Shown here piece by piece: positions 18,188 to 27,049 of a stretch of DNA of 64,000 bases. The number at the start of each line of letters is the position of its first letter. Within the stretch, counting starts at the first letter, position 1. The notes beneath the pieces are model-generated. The model saw only the letters and a program-made list of their open reading frames with translations. It did no database searches and was not told where the DNA came from. Location of the stretch: contig DASVQT010000054.1 in assembly GCA_036388975.1 (NCBI GenBank), positions 5,838 through 69,837 of the forward strand, in the 5' to 3' direction. A program made the translations under genes and the position numbers. Source of the DNA: Allosphingosinicella sp. GTDB lineage: Bacteria; Pseudomonadota; Alphaproteobacteria; Sphingomonadales; Sphingomonadaceae.

Positions 18188-19417
18188 ATGACCTTCCCCA
18201 TCGACCGGGTCCGCGCCGAATTCCCGGCCCTCGCCACCACGGATGAGGGCCGGCCCCGCATCTATTTCGACGCGCCCGGCGGAACCCAGGCCTGCCGCGC
18301 CGCGATCCGGCGCATGGCCGAGCATCTCGAGCGGGGGAGCGCCAACAGCGGCGGCGCCTTCGGAAGCTCAGTCGAGACCGACGCGCTCAGCCGGGAGGCG
18401 CACGAGGCGATTGCGGACCTGCTCGGCGGCGACGCCGGCGAGATCGCCTTCGGCCCGAACATGACGACGCTCACCTTTGCCCTGTCGCGTGCGCTGGCGC
18501 GGGACTGGCGGGAAGGCGACGAGATCGTCCTGTCCCGGCTCGATCACGACGCCAACGTGACGCCCTGGACGATGGCGGCGGCGGACCGGGGCGTCTTGGT
18601 CAAGTGGATCGACATCGATCTCGCAACGGGCACGCTGCGGCTGGACATGCTCCCCGGCCTGCTCGGCCCCCGCACGCGGCTCGTGGCGGTGGGCGGCGCC
18701 AGCAACGCGCTCGGCACGCTGAACGATGTCGCCGAGATCGTACGCCTGGTCCGCGCCGGCTCGGACGCCCTCGTCTTCGTCGACGCCGTACAGTCGGTCC
18801 CGCACGTGCCGACGGACGTGCGCGCGCTGGGCTGCGACTTCCTCGCCTGCTCGCCCTACAAATTCTTCGGGCCGCATCAGGGCGTGCTCTGGGGCAAGGC
18901 GGAGGTCATGGACAGGCTCACCGCCTACAAGGTCCGCCCCGCCTCGATCCACCCGCCGGCGGTGCGCTTCGAAACGGGCACCCAGTCCTTCGAAGGGCAG
19001 GCGGGCGTGCTCGGCACGATCGAATATCTGGACTGGCTCGGTCGCGAGCTTTCACCCTCGGCGGGCAGCCGCCGCGAGGCGCTGGTCGCCGCCATGGAGG
19101 GCTGCGTCGCGTACGAACGCGTCCTCGGCGAGCGGCTGATCGCGGGTCTCGCCGAGGTTGGCGCAACCCTTTACGGGCCGCCGACCATGGAGCGGAGGGT
19201 CCCGACCTTCGCCTTCCGGATCGAAGGCCGGGAGACCAAGGAGATCGCCGCGCATCTGGCGAGCCGGGGAATCCACGCCTGGTCGGGCCATTTCTACGCG
19301 GTCGAGCCGGTCACCCGCTACGGCCTGTGGGACGAAGGCGGCTTCGTCCGCGTCGGCCTCTGCCACTACAGCACGGCGGAGGAGGTCGATGCCCTCATCG
19401 AGGCGCTCAGGCCCTGA
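18188..19417 (+). CDS. Class V aminotransferase / cysteine-desulfurase-like PLP enzyme
   Basis: ATG at 18188 within ORF 16865..19417 (MTFPIDRVRAEFPAL). The PLP-lysine context is CSPYKFFGPHQG. Confidence 0.9.
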   Translation: MTFPIDRVRAEFPALATTDEGRPRIYFDAPGGTQACRAAIRRMAEHLERGSANSGGAFGSSVETDALSREAHEAIADLLGGDAGEIAFGPNMTTLTFALSRALARDWREGDEIVLSRLDHDANVTPWTMAAADRGVLVKWIDIDLATGTLRLDMLPGLLGPRTRLVAVGGASNALGTLNDVAEIVRLVRAGSDALVFVDAVQSVPHVPTDVRALGCDFLACSPYKFFGPHQGVLWGKAEVMDRLTAYKVRPASIHPPAVRFETGTQSFEGQAGVLGTIEYLDWLGRELSPSAGSRREALVAAMEGCVAYERVLGERLIAGLAEVGATLYGPPTMERRVPTFAFRIEGRETKEIAAHLASRGIHAWSGHFYAVEPVTRYGLWDEGGFVRVGLCHYSTAEEVDALIEALRP

Positions 19418-20258
19418 GGATCTTCGCCTTGCGCATCGCGCGATAGGCGAGCGCCTTGGCCGCGTTGCGGGCCGGGAAGCGATGTGGCGGCGCCGGATCG
19501 AGGCCGATGCGCCTCAGCACATGGTTCATGCCGCGCGCGTCCGCCTCCGCATAGCTCCATTCGGAGCGCCAGGTGATGGACAGGCTGATCGACACTTCGG
19601 AGCCGTTCTTGACCCAATGCGGCGCCTTGACGGGGACGTAGACCGCCTCGCCGGGACTAAGCTGGTGGGGCTTGCCGGCGGCGGCGAATTCGTCTCGCCA
19701 GGGCAGGTTGCGGTGGCCGCCCTGGTGAAAGGCCTCGTGCGCGGTGCCCGCCACGATGGCCTCGTCGGCGGCGGGGAAGATGGTCATGACCTTGGAGCCG
19801 CGCAGCTGGAGCAGGATGTTGTGCTCGGGATCGAAGTGGAAGGGCGTCACGGCGCCCGGCGAGCTCACGAAGACGAAGGCCTCGCGCTTCAGCATCTCGC
19901 CGGTGCGCGGCTTCACCGCCGGCATCAGCTCGGCAAGCGCTTCTTCCATCACGGCGGCATAAGCCGGGTCGCGTTCGACGAACTTCAGGACCATCCACGA
20001 TCCGCAATGCTCGATCGCGCGGATCGTCTCTGCGATGGAAAGGCCGTTGCCCGGCACGTCGTCCGGATCGATCCCGACGGGCAAGTCGCCGGCATTGTAT
20101 TCCACGTTCTTCGGCTCGAGCCGCCCGGCGAGTTCGGCCAGCGCTTCAAGCGTGAACAGCTTGTGCCCGGTCATGTCGTGCCGGAGCTTGAGCGGTGCTT
20201 CTGGATAAGCGGCGTCGAAGGCGGCGAGGGACTCGGCGGGGAAGATTCGGTCAGACAT
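19407..20258 (-). CDS. JmjC/cupin-like Fe(II)/2-oxoglutarate oxygenase family protein
   Basis: HxD...H facial triad candidates (TPFHFDPEHN ... VKAPHWV) in a roughly 280-aa cupin-like protein. It is the last gene of a three-gene operon. Confidence 0.7.
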   Translation of the reverse strand: MSDRIFPAESLAAFDAAYPEAPLKLRHDMTGHKLFTLEALAELAGRLEPKNVEYNAGDLPVGIDPDDVPGNGLSIAETIRAIEHCGSWMVLKFVERDPAYAAVMEEALAELMPAVKPRTGEMLKREAFVFVSSPGAVTPFHFDPEHNILLQLRGSKVMTIFPAADEAIVAGTAHEAFHQGGHRNLPWRDEFAAAGKPHQLSPGEAVYVPVKAPHWVKNGSEVSISLSITWRSEWSYAEADARGMNHVLRRIGLDPAPPHRFPARNAAKALAYRAMRKAKILRA

Positions 20259-21402
20259 TGCGGCTTTTCCTCAAGCGGCGCACCAGGGCCGAGCCTTGTT
20301 CGAGCGCGCGGCAGATGCGGAAGGTGGCGGCGCGGCGGGCGCCGGAAAGCGGCACGGTGAGGCGCACGATCGAGCGGCGCTCCATCCAGAGGCTGTCGAT
20401 CATCGGATGATCCTCGGCCGCGCAGCTGTCCATCCAGGCGAAGCCGGGGCGGGCGAGCAGGCGCAGATTCTCGATCTCGATCATCACGCCGGGCGAATAG
20501 CGGGCATAATCCTCGTCAAAGGCGATCTTGTAGGAAAAGCCGCCGCCCGCGGCGTGGAGGTTGACCAGCATGGCGATCGGCTTCTCGTCCACGGCGAGCC
20601 GGAGGATCTCGAGCTTGCCCGCCCGGAACGCGCCTTCGAACATCTCGCGGAAGAAGGCGGCGGTCGACGGCGCGTTGGCGAGTGCGGAGCCGTCCTTGCC
20701 CTTCCATCCCGCCGCTTCGAGCGACAGGAAATCCTCGCACCAGAGCGGCGCATCTTCGGCGCGCTCCAGCGTTTCGAAGCGAACGTCGCCGAGTTCGGCG
20801 AGGCGGGAACGGAGCCGTCCCAGCTCCTTGCGCTTCTTCTTGCGCACCGCCGCCTCGTAATAGGCTTGAGGCGTCTGGCCGGCTTCGAGCATGGCCCGGC
20901 GCATGCGGTGAACGACCGCGCAGGGCCGGCCGAGCGCGGCGGCCGCTTCGGCAAGGCCGCGGTGGACGGGGCCGTCTTCGGCCATGCCGGTGAGGTGGAG
21001 AAAGCCGGGCGCCCAGGGAGCGGCATCGACCGCGGCGAGGAGGCCCGTCCAGAACGCGCGCTCGCGGCCGCGGCGCACGAGCGGAGTGCCGAGGAAGGCG
21101 TGGTCGTGCACCCAGTTCTGGACGTGGCGCACTGGCGTCCGGCCGTAGCGGCCGGCGATCCGGAGCGGCAGGAGGCCGATCAGCGTCTCGCCGCCGTCGC
21201 TCCAGACCGGGATCGTCCGGACCGAACCGGGCGCGGCCATGTGGCGGAGGCCGGCCTCGACGAACCAGCGTTCGGCGAAAACGTTGGGCTCGGAGGCGTC
21301 CGCGGCAAGGTCGTCCCAATGGTCGGCCATGCTGCGCGCGCGCGGCGGTGCCGCGTCGTCGAACTTCGGAGCGTCCGGAAGAGCGATGCGCTGGAGGAGC
21401 AT
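20251..21402 (-). CDS. FemAB/CelD-like (BioF2-like) GNAT acyltransferase
   Basis: ORF 20251..21684; the real start is the ATG at 21400-21402 (MLLQRIALPD). The C-terminal part (FLSLEAAGWKGKDGSAL...KIAFDEDYARYSPGV) resembles CelD/HfsK-type acyltransferases. It starts 1 nt after the upstream stop. Confidence 0.7.
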   Translation of the reverse strand: MLLQRIALPDAPKFDDAAPPRARSMADHWDDLAADASEPNVFAERWFVEAGLRHMAAPGSVRTIPVWSDGGETLIGLLPLRIAGRYGRTPVRHVQNWVHDHAFLGTPLVRRGRERAFWTGLLAAVDAAPWAPGFLHLTGMAEDGPVHRGLAEAAAALGRPCAVVHRMRRAMLEAGQTPQAYYEAAVRKKKRKELGRLRSRLAELGDVRFETLERAEDAPLWCEDFLSLEAAGWKGKDGSALANAPSTAAFFREMFEGAFRAGKLEILRLAVDEKPIAMLVNLHAAGGGFSYKIAFDEDYARYSPGVMIEIENLRLLARPGFAWMDSCAAEDHPMIDSLWMERRSIVRLTVPLSGARRAATFRICRALEQGSALVRRLRKSRNV

Positions 21403-21403
21403 C

Positions 21404-22414
21404 TCAGCCCTTGGCCGCGGCGAGGATGTCGCCGGCGCGGGCCGGTGTGACGCCGTGCTTTTCGAACAGATCGAAGACGCCGTCCCACCAGGCCCAGAAG
21501 GTCCGCAGATCGGCCTCGTCGCGGACATAAGGCGTGTGGCCGGGAACGACGGAGGGCGTGTGAAAGGACAGGCTGAACAGGCGCGTGCCTCGATCGAGCA
21601 GCACTTCGATCGCGCGAAGCGCTTCGCGCAGCGACGTGCCTTCGGGCGTGAGGGGCACGCGGCTGAGCAGACCCGTCCGGGCAAAGGGACCGCGAAGCCG
21701 CTGCTGGCGCAGAAGCGACGGCTTGCCGCTGAGCGCGCCCGTCAGGCAGGCGGTGAGCGGCACTTCGAGAAGGCCGTTTTCCAGCCAATAGGGCCAGATC
21801 GGATGATCGGTGAAATCGGCGCCGCCTTCCGCGCTGTAATCGAACAGCGAGCGCACGGAGACGTCGAGCTTATAGCCTTCCATGGCGAGGCTGCGCGCCG
21901 TATTCGGGCCGATGCCGTAGCGGCCGGCGCGGTAGCTGATCGGGCGCGCGCCGAAGGCTTCGGTGAGCTTTTCGGTCAAGGCGACGATCTTGGCGTGCTC
22001 CAACTCGGCGGGAAGGCCGCCGACGAAGCTGTTGGCGCGGGTCACCGTTTCGGCATGGGGCGGATTGACCCAGGGATGGAGCTGGGTTCCGACGTCGCAT
22101 GTCCCGGCCGCGACCATGGAGGCGATGGCATCGGCGCTCGCCGGATCCGCGGCGACCGGCCAATCGACGAGATAGGTCGGGACGAGTCCGCGCCCGGCGA
22201 AGCGGCGATTGGCTTCGGGCAAAGCAGCGACGGCGGTGGTGGCGACGTTTTCGCGGCGCAGCGGCTGCGTCCAGTCGAACTCCTCCTCCGCATCGGCGAA
22301 GAGGACGAAGCGGCGGCCGAAGCTTTCGTCCAAATGCGCGCGCGCCGTGGGAGGCGGCGGGCGGTCCAGCGAACGGGCGCGGCTGTGGTTGGATACGATC
22401 GGCATTTGGTACAT
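21404..22414 (-). CDS. Polysaccharide deacetylase family protein (WalW-like)
   Basis: Only the 3' 1011 nt of ORF 21404..24742 is plausible; the start is the ATG at 22412-22414 (MYQMPIVSN...). FVLFADAEEEFDW, TQLHPWVNPP and SYRAGRYG are typical of this deacetylase family. Confidence 0.75.
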   Translation of the reverse strand: MYQMPIVSNHSRARSLDRPPPPTARAHLDESFGRRFVLFADAEEEFDWTQPLRRENVATTAVAALPEANRRFAGRGLVPTYLVDWPVAADPASADAIASMVAAGTCDVGTQLHPWVNPPHAETVTRANSFVGGLPAELEHAKIVALTEKLTEAFGARPISYRAGRYGIGPNTARSLAMEGYKLDVSVRSLFDYSAEGGADFTDHPIWPYWLENGLLEVPLTACLTGALSGKPSLLRQQRLRGPFARTGLLSRVPLTPEGTSLREALRAIEVLLDRGTRLFSLSFHTPSVVPGHTPYVRDEADLRTFWAWWDGVFDLFEKHGVTPARAGDILAAAKG

Positions 22415-22495
22415 CGGATGCTCCGCGTTGCGCACCCCGCTAGCGCAAAAGCGTGGAGGATCGGTTACTGAGGCGCCGGGACAGCAAGGCGAAGC

Positions 22496-23233
22496 ATGCG
22501 GATCGAAACTCAGGCGATCGTCTGCGCGGTGCGGGCGCATGGCGAACATGGCGCGATCGTTCGCGCGCTGACGCCAGCCGACGGGCTGCAGCCGGGCTTC
22601 GTGCGCGGCGGCAAGTCGCGGCGGCTGCGGCCCGTCTTGATGCCCGGCAACAGCATCCAGGCCGATTACCGGGCCCGGACCGACGAGCAGCTGGCACAGC
22701 TTTCGGTCGAGATGGTGCACAGCCGCGCGCATCTCCATTCGGAAGCGCTGCCGGCGGCGGCGATCGACTGGGCCTGCGCGCTCACCGCGGCGGCCCTTCC
22801 GGAGGGGCAGCCCTATCCGCGGCTGTACGAGACGCTGGACGGGCTGCTGAGCGCCGTCGAGGCGGCGCCGAGCGCGCGCGGGTGGAGCGCCGAGATCGTG
22901 CGCTACGAGCTTCTTCTGCTGAGCGAACTCGGCTTCGGGCTCGATCTCGGCGAATGCGCGGCGACCGGAGCGCGCACCGACCTCGTTTTCGTGAGCCCGA
23001 GGAGCGGACGGGCGGTCAGCCGCGAAGGCGCGGGCGAGTATCGCGACCGTTTGCTCGCCCTTCCGCCATTTCTGATCGAAGCGCGCAGCGGCACGCCCGA
23101 GTGGAGCGACATCGGGGATGGGCTGAAGCTCACCGGCCATTTCCTCGCCCGCGACCTGTTGATCGACAGGCAGGCCGACATCCTCGCCGCGCGCGAACGG
23201 CTGGTCGACAGGCTGAAGCGGATCGGCGTCTGA
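22496..23233 (+). CDS. recO: DNA repair protein RecO
   Basis: 245 aa with an N-terminal OB-fold pattern ([26 protein letters not shown]) and a C-terminal C4-like region degenerate as in alphaproteobacteria. Confidence 0.9.
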   Translation: MRIETQAIVCAVRAHGEHGAIVRALTPADGLQPGFVRGGKSRRLRPVLMPGNSIQADYRARTDEQLAQLSVEMVHSRAHLHSEALPAAAIDWACALTAAALPEGQPYPRLYETLDGLLSAVEAAPSARGWSAEIVRYELLLLSELGFGLDLGECAATGARTDLVFVSPRSGRAVSREGAGEYRDRLLALPPFLIEARSGTPEWSDIGDGLKLTGHFLARDLLIDRQADILAARERLVDRLKRIGV

Positions 23234-23290
23234 CGCGGCAGCCGAGGCGGGGAGTTGACCTATCCGGCGGAGAAGTAGAGGAAATGCCGC

Positions 23291-23689
23291 GTGAAAGAAT
23301 TCTTCCCGCACGCCGCCACGACCCACGGAATCACCGTCCGCGTCGCCGTTTCCTACCTTCCGGAGCAATCGGAGCCCGGCAAGAGCCGCTGGTTCTGGGC
23401 CTATCATATTCGCATCGAGAATGGCGGCATGAAGCCGGTCCAGCTCGTCAGCCGGCAATGGACGATCTCGGATGCGCGGGGCGAAAGCCATGTCGTGCAG
23501 GGCGACGGCGTGGTCGGCGAGCAGCCGCTGATCGAGCCGGGCGGGTCGTTCGACTATGTTTCGGGCTGTCCGCTCACGACTCCGACGGGATCGATGGAAG
23601 GTCATTACAACATGGTGGCGGCCGACGGCGCGCGCTTTCCGATCGAAATTCCGCGTTTCCCGCTGGTCGCCCCGACCGTTTCCAGCTGA
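23291..23689 (+). CDS. apaG: ApaG (DUF525) protein
   Basis: ITVRVAVSYLPEQSEP...WFWAYHIRIEN...WTISDARGE...GVVGEQP, the canonical ApaG pattern. Confidence 0.9.
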   Translation: MKEFFPHAATTHGITVRVAVSYLPEQSEPGKSRWFWAYHIRIENGGMKPVQLVSRQWTISDARGESHVVQGDGVVGEQPLIEPGGSFDYVSGCPLTTPTGSMEGHYNMVAADGARFPIEIPRFPLVAPTVSS

Positions 23690-23703
23690 GGCGAGTCGCA
23701 GCC

Positions 23704-24219
23704 TCAGCCGAAGGCGTGGGCCGCAGCCGGGCCCGGGCGCCCGCCGCTGCCGGCGCGGCGGCACAGGCCGGGGATCAGGAAGATGTCGACGATCAGCCAG
23801 ATGCCGGCCGCCGCCATCATCAGCAGGCCGAAGCCGGCGCTGCCCGTATCCTTGGACATGGCGCCGCTCAGCAGCATGAACAGGCCGCCGATGTTGAGGA
23901 AGAGCTGGATGCAGGCGGTGGCCGTCGCGCCGACATAGAAGCGGTGGGCGCTGAAGCCGCCGAAGAAGAACCAAAGCAGATAGGCGATACCGATCGACTT
24001 CTCGTTGCGCACGAAGAAGGGGCCGGTCGGGATCTCGCGGTGGGCGGACACGGAGGAGGACGGCGCCGACAGGCGGACTTCGCCTTCGTCGATCCGGCGC
24101 TGGCGCTCCGCCGCGATGAAGGCGGCGCGGCGCGCCTCGAGATCGGAGTGCGCGCTTTGCGTCGTCGCCGCCATCGGCTTGCGCCCGAACTGACTTGCCA
24201 TTCGCCTTTCCCCCAGCAA
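23704..24219 (-). CDS. TM2 domain-containing membrane protein
   Basis: IAYLLWFFFGGFSAHRFYVG is the TM2 signature. The start is ambiguous (24219, 24201 or 24174). Confidence 0.75.
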   Translation of the reverse strand: MLGERRMASQFGRKPMAATTQSAHSDLEARRAAFIAAERQRRIDEGEVRLSAPSSSVSAHREIPTGPFFVRNEKSIGIAYLLWFFFGGFSAHRFYVGATATACIQLFLNIGGLFMLLSGAMSKDTGSAGFGLLMMAAAGIWLIVDIFLIPGLCRRAGSGGRPGPAAAHAFG

Positions 24220-24325
24220 CCGGTGAGCCTCGTCTAGCGGCGAGGGGCAAAGAAGCGGTTAAGATCGGGCCGAAACCGTTTCGTCCCTGCATCGTTGGGC
24301 AGGGCACAGCTTCGGGAGAGGGTAA

Positions 24326-24589
24326 ATGCCGGTTTCCAACACCAATCTGGTCGAGCGCATCGCGCGCGTCATCGCCGGGCGCGTCGTGAGCATCAATGCG
24401 GACGGTAGCGACCCTTCGGCGGGCGAGCGCGTCGACACCATCTGGCGCGACTATCGCGACGATGCGGTCTCGATCCTCAAGACCCTGCGCGAGCCCGATC
24501 CGGCCATGGCGGCGGCAGGCGACACGGCCGTCTGGCAGCGGATGATCGAAGCCGCGCTCGCCGAAGAAGGCGAGGGGGCGGGGCGGTAG
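24326..24589 (+). CDS. Hypothetical small protein
   Basis: 87-aa ORF with a reasonable GC3 bias. I recognise no family. Confidence 0.4.
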   Translation: MPVSNTNLVERIARVIAGRVVSINADGSDPSAGERVDTIWRDYRDDAVSILKTLREPDPAMAAAGDTAVWQRMIEAALAEEGEGAGR

Positions 24590-24610
24590 GGCTCGGACTT
24601 CGGCCTTCTC

Positions 24611-24727
24611 GCTCATCCTGAGGAGGAACTGAGCTTGGCGAAGGCCGTTCTCGAAGGACGTTCGTGCGGTCCTTCGAGACGCCGCTTCGATACGGCTTCG
24701 CCTACTCAGCGGCTCCTCAGGACGAGC
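24611..24727. repeat. Family C long palindromic intergenic repeat
   Basis: GCTCATCCTGAGGAGGAACTGAGCTTGGCGAAGGCCGTTCTCGAAGGAC is followed by its imperfect reverse complement GTCCTTCGAGACGCC...CTCCTCAGGACGAGC. A second copy with the arm order swapped lies at 57711-57843. Confidence 0.8.
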
Positions 24728-24746
24728 GGGGGTGTCGCGCACTTCG

Positions 24747-25073
24747 TCATCCCTCCGCCAGCAATCCGCTGATGGCCCAGAGGCTGGGTAGGGCGAGGAG
24801 GAGGGCGAGGGCGACGTCGAAGACGCGCAGCGGCATCAGGCGCTGGCGGTTGTAGCGGAAGCGGTCGACGGCGGTGATCCAGAGAATGGACAGGCCGCAG
24901 GCCGCGGCCGCGAAGGCCGCCAAGAGGAAGGGGATGCGCAGGGCGCCGGGCCAGGACGGGTAGAAGAGGCTGAGCACCAAGGCCGCGGCGCCAGCCGTCA
25001 CGCCGATGCCGGTGGCCCGCTTCACCGTCCAGCCGGGGCGCACCGGGTTCCGAGGCTGGCGGCGCTTGGTCAC
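24747..25073 (-). CDS. Possible small two-TM membrane protein
   Basis: This is the tail of ORF 24747..25766. A GTG at 25071-25073 overlaps the parE stop, and two hydrophobic helices are present (GVTAGAAALVLSLFY; IPFLLAAFAAAACGLSILWI). Confidence 0.35.
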   Translation of the reverse strand: MTKRRQPRNPVRPGWTVKRATGIGVTAGAAALVLSLFYPSWPGALRIPFLLAAFAAAACGLSILWITAVDRFRYNRQRLMPLRVFDVALALLLALPSLWAISGLLAEG

Positions 25074-27046
25074 GCGTCGATCGCTTCCTCGTCCACTTCG
25101 GCGGCGTGGCTCTGGATGAACTGGAAGCGGTGCTCGGGATTGCGGCCCATCAGCCGCTCGACCAGGCCCTTGACCAAATAGCGGCCTTCCGGATCCTCGG
25201 GGAGGTTGATCCGGATCAGCGAGCGGGTCTTGGGATCCATGGTGGTTTCGCGAAGCTGGTTCGGGTTCATTTCGCCAAGACCCTTGAAGCGCGACACTTC
25301 GACCTTGCGGTTCTTGAACAATGTCTTCTCGAGCTCGGCGCGGTGGGCGTCGTCCCGGGCATAAGCGATCGTGCCGCCGGCGGAGAGACGGTAGAGCGGC
25401 GGCTGGGCGAGGAAGAGATGGCCGGAGCGGACGAGCTCGGGCATTTCCTGGAAGAAGAAGGTCATGAGCAGGGTCGCGATATGGGCGCCGTCGACGTCGG
25501 CGTCGGTCATGATCACGATCCGCTCGTAGCGCAGGTCCTCGCCCCGGTAGCGGTCGCGCGAGCCGCAGCCCATCGCCTGGATGAGATCGGCGATTTCGGA
25601 ATTGGCGCGGATTTTGTCGGCGGTGGCGGAGGCGACGTTCAGGATCTTGCCGCGAATGGGGAGAATGGCCTGGGTCTTGCGGTCGCGGGCCTGCTTGGCC
25701 GAGCCGCCCGCCGAATCGCCTTCGACGATGAAGAGTTCGGTGCCGGCGGGATCGTCGTTGGCGCAATCGGTGAGCTTGCCGGGCAGGCGCAGCTTGCGGC
25801 CCGAGGTCGCCGTCTTGCGCTTCACTTCCCGCTCGGCGCGGCGCTTAAGGCGCTCGTCCATCCGGTCGAGGATGAAGCCGAGGAGCGCACGGCCGCGGTC
25901 CATGTGATCGGCGAGATAATGATCGAAATGGTCGCGCACCGCGGCTTCAACGAGGCGCGCGGCGTCGGGGCTGGTCAGCCGGTCCTTGGTCTGGCTCTGG
26001 AACTGGGGATCGCGGATGAAGACGGAGAGCATGATCTCCGCCCCGCCGGCCACGTCCTCGGCCTGGATGTCCTTGGCCTTTTTCTGGCCGGCGAGCTCGG
26101 CGAAGGCGCGAAGGGCGCGGGTGAGCGCGGTGCGGAAGCCCTGCTCGTGCGTGCCGCCGTCGGGAGTCGGGATGGTGTTGCAATAATAGGACGAGCCGCC
26201 CTCGCTCCACAAAGGCCAGGCCACCGCCCATTCGACCGAGCCCTGGCCGTTCGGAAAGTCCTGCCGGCCGGAGAAGAATTCGGATGTGGCGCATTCGCGG
26301 GCGCTGACTTGCTCCTTCAAATGATCGGACAGGCCGCCGGGGAATTGGAAGACGGCTTCGGCCGGCGTTTCGTCGGACAGCAAAGCGGGGTCGCACTTCC
26401 AGCGGATCTCGACGCCGGCGAAGAGGTAGGCCTTGGAGCGGGCGAGCCGGTAGAGCCGGGCCGGCTTGAACAGGGCGTCCGCGCCGAAGATGTCGGTGTC
26501 CGGCACGAAGGACAGGGTGGTGCCGCGGCGGTTGGGCGCGGCGCCGACCTCTTCGAGCGCCGACACGGGCACGCCGCGCGAGAAACGCTGGCGGAACAGC
26601 TTCTTGTTGCGCGCGACTTCCACCACCGTGTCGGTGGACAGGGCGTTGACGACGCTGACGCCGACGCCGTGGAGGCCGCCCGACGTCGCATAGGCCTTGT
26701 CGGAGAATTTGCCGCCCGAATGAAGCATGGTGAGGATCACTTCGAGCGCCGACTTGCCCGGATATTTCGGATGCTCGTCGGTCGGGATGCCGCGGCCATT
26801 GTCGCTGATCGTGAGCTTGTTGCCGGCCTCAAGCGTGACTTCGATGCGGGTGGCATGGCCGGCGACCGCCTCGTCCATCGAATTGTCGAGCACTTCGGCG
26901 GCGAGATGGTGGAGGGCGCGCTCGTCCGTCCCGCCGATATACATGCCGGGGCGGCGGCGCACGGGCTCCAGCCCCTCGAGCACCTCGATCGAGCTGGCAT
27001 CGTAATCGGTGGACGTGGGAGCGGCGGACGCGAACAGGTCTGACAT
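25070..27046 (-). CDS. parE: DNA topoisomerase IV subunit B
   Basis: GHKL ATPase N-terminus (LEGLEPVRRRPGMYIGG, DNGRGIP) and a Toprim domain (EGDSAGG, DADVDGAHI). The 658-aa length, which lacks the GyrB-specific insertion, favours ParE over GyrB. Confidence 0.88.
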   Translation of the reverse strand: MSDLFASAAPTSTDYDASSIEVLEGLEPVRRRPGMYIGGTDERALHHLAAEVLDNSMDEAVAGHATRIEVTLEAGNKLTISDNGRGIPTDEHPKYPGKSALEVILTMLHSGGKFSDKAYATSGGLHGVGVSVVNALSTDTVVEVARNKKLFRQRFSRGVPVSALEEVGAAPNRRGTTLSFVPDTDIFGADALFKPARLYRLARSKAYLFAGVEIRWKCDPALLSDETPAEAVFQFPGGLSDHLKEQVSARECATSEFFSGRQDFPNGQGSVEWAVAWPLWSEGGSSYYCNTIPTPDGGTHEQGFRTALTRALRAFAELAGQKKAKDIQAEDVAGGAEIMLSVFIRDPQFQSQTKDRLTSPDAARLVEAAVRDHFDHYLADHMDRGRALLGFILDRMDERLKRRAEREVKRKTATSGRKLRLPGKLTDCANDDPAGTELFIVEGDSAGGSAKQARDRKTQAILPIRGKILNVASATADKIRANSEIADLIQAMGCGSRDRYRGEDLRYERIVIMTDADVDGAHIATLLMTFFFQEMPELVRSGHLFLAQPPLYRLSAGGTIAYARDDAHRAELEKTLFKNRKVEVSRFKGLGEMNPNQLRETTMDPKTRSLIRINLPEDPEGRYLVKGLVERLMGRNPEHRFQFIQSHAAEVDEEAIDA

Positions 27047-27049
27047 GGA

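Noticed and set aside
22415-24742. 5' 2.3 kb of the 1112-aa ORF 21404..24742
   Set aside because: Only the C-terminal 336 residues look like a real protein (a deacetylase starting MYQMPIV). The upstream part is antisense to recO, apaG and intergenic repeats.
25070-27046. Calling this gene gyrB
   Set aside because: At 658 aa it lacks the roughly 150-residue insertion and longer C-terminal region of proteobacterial GyrB. That length is characteristic of ParE. A phylogeny would settle it.
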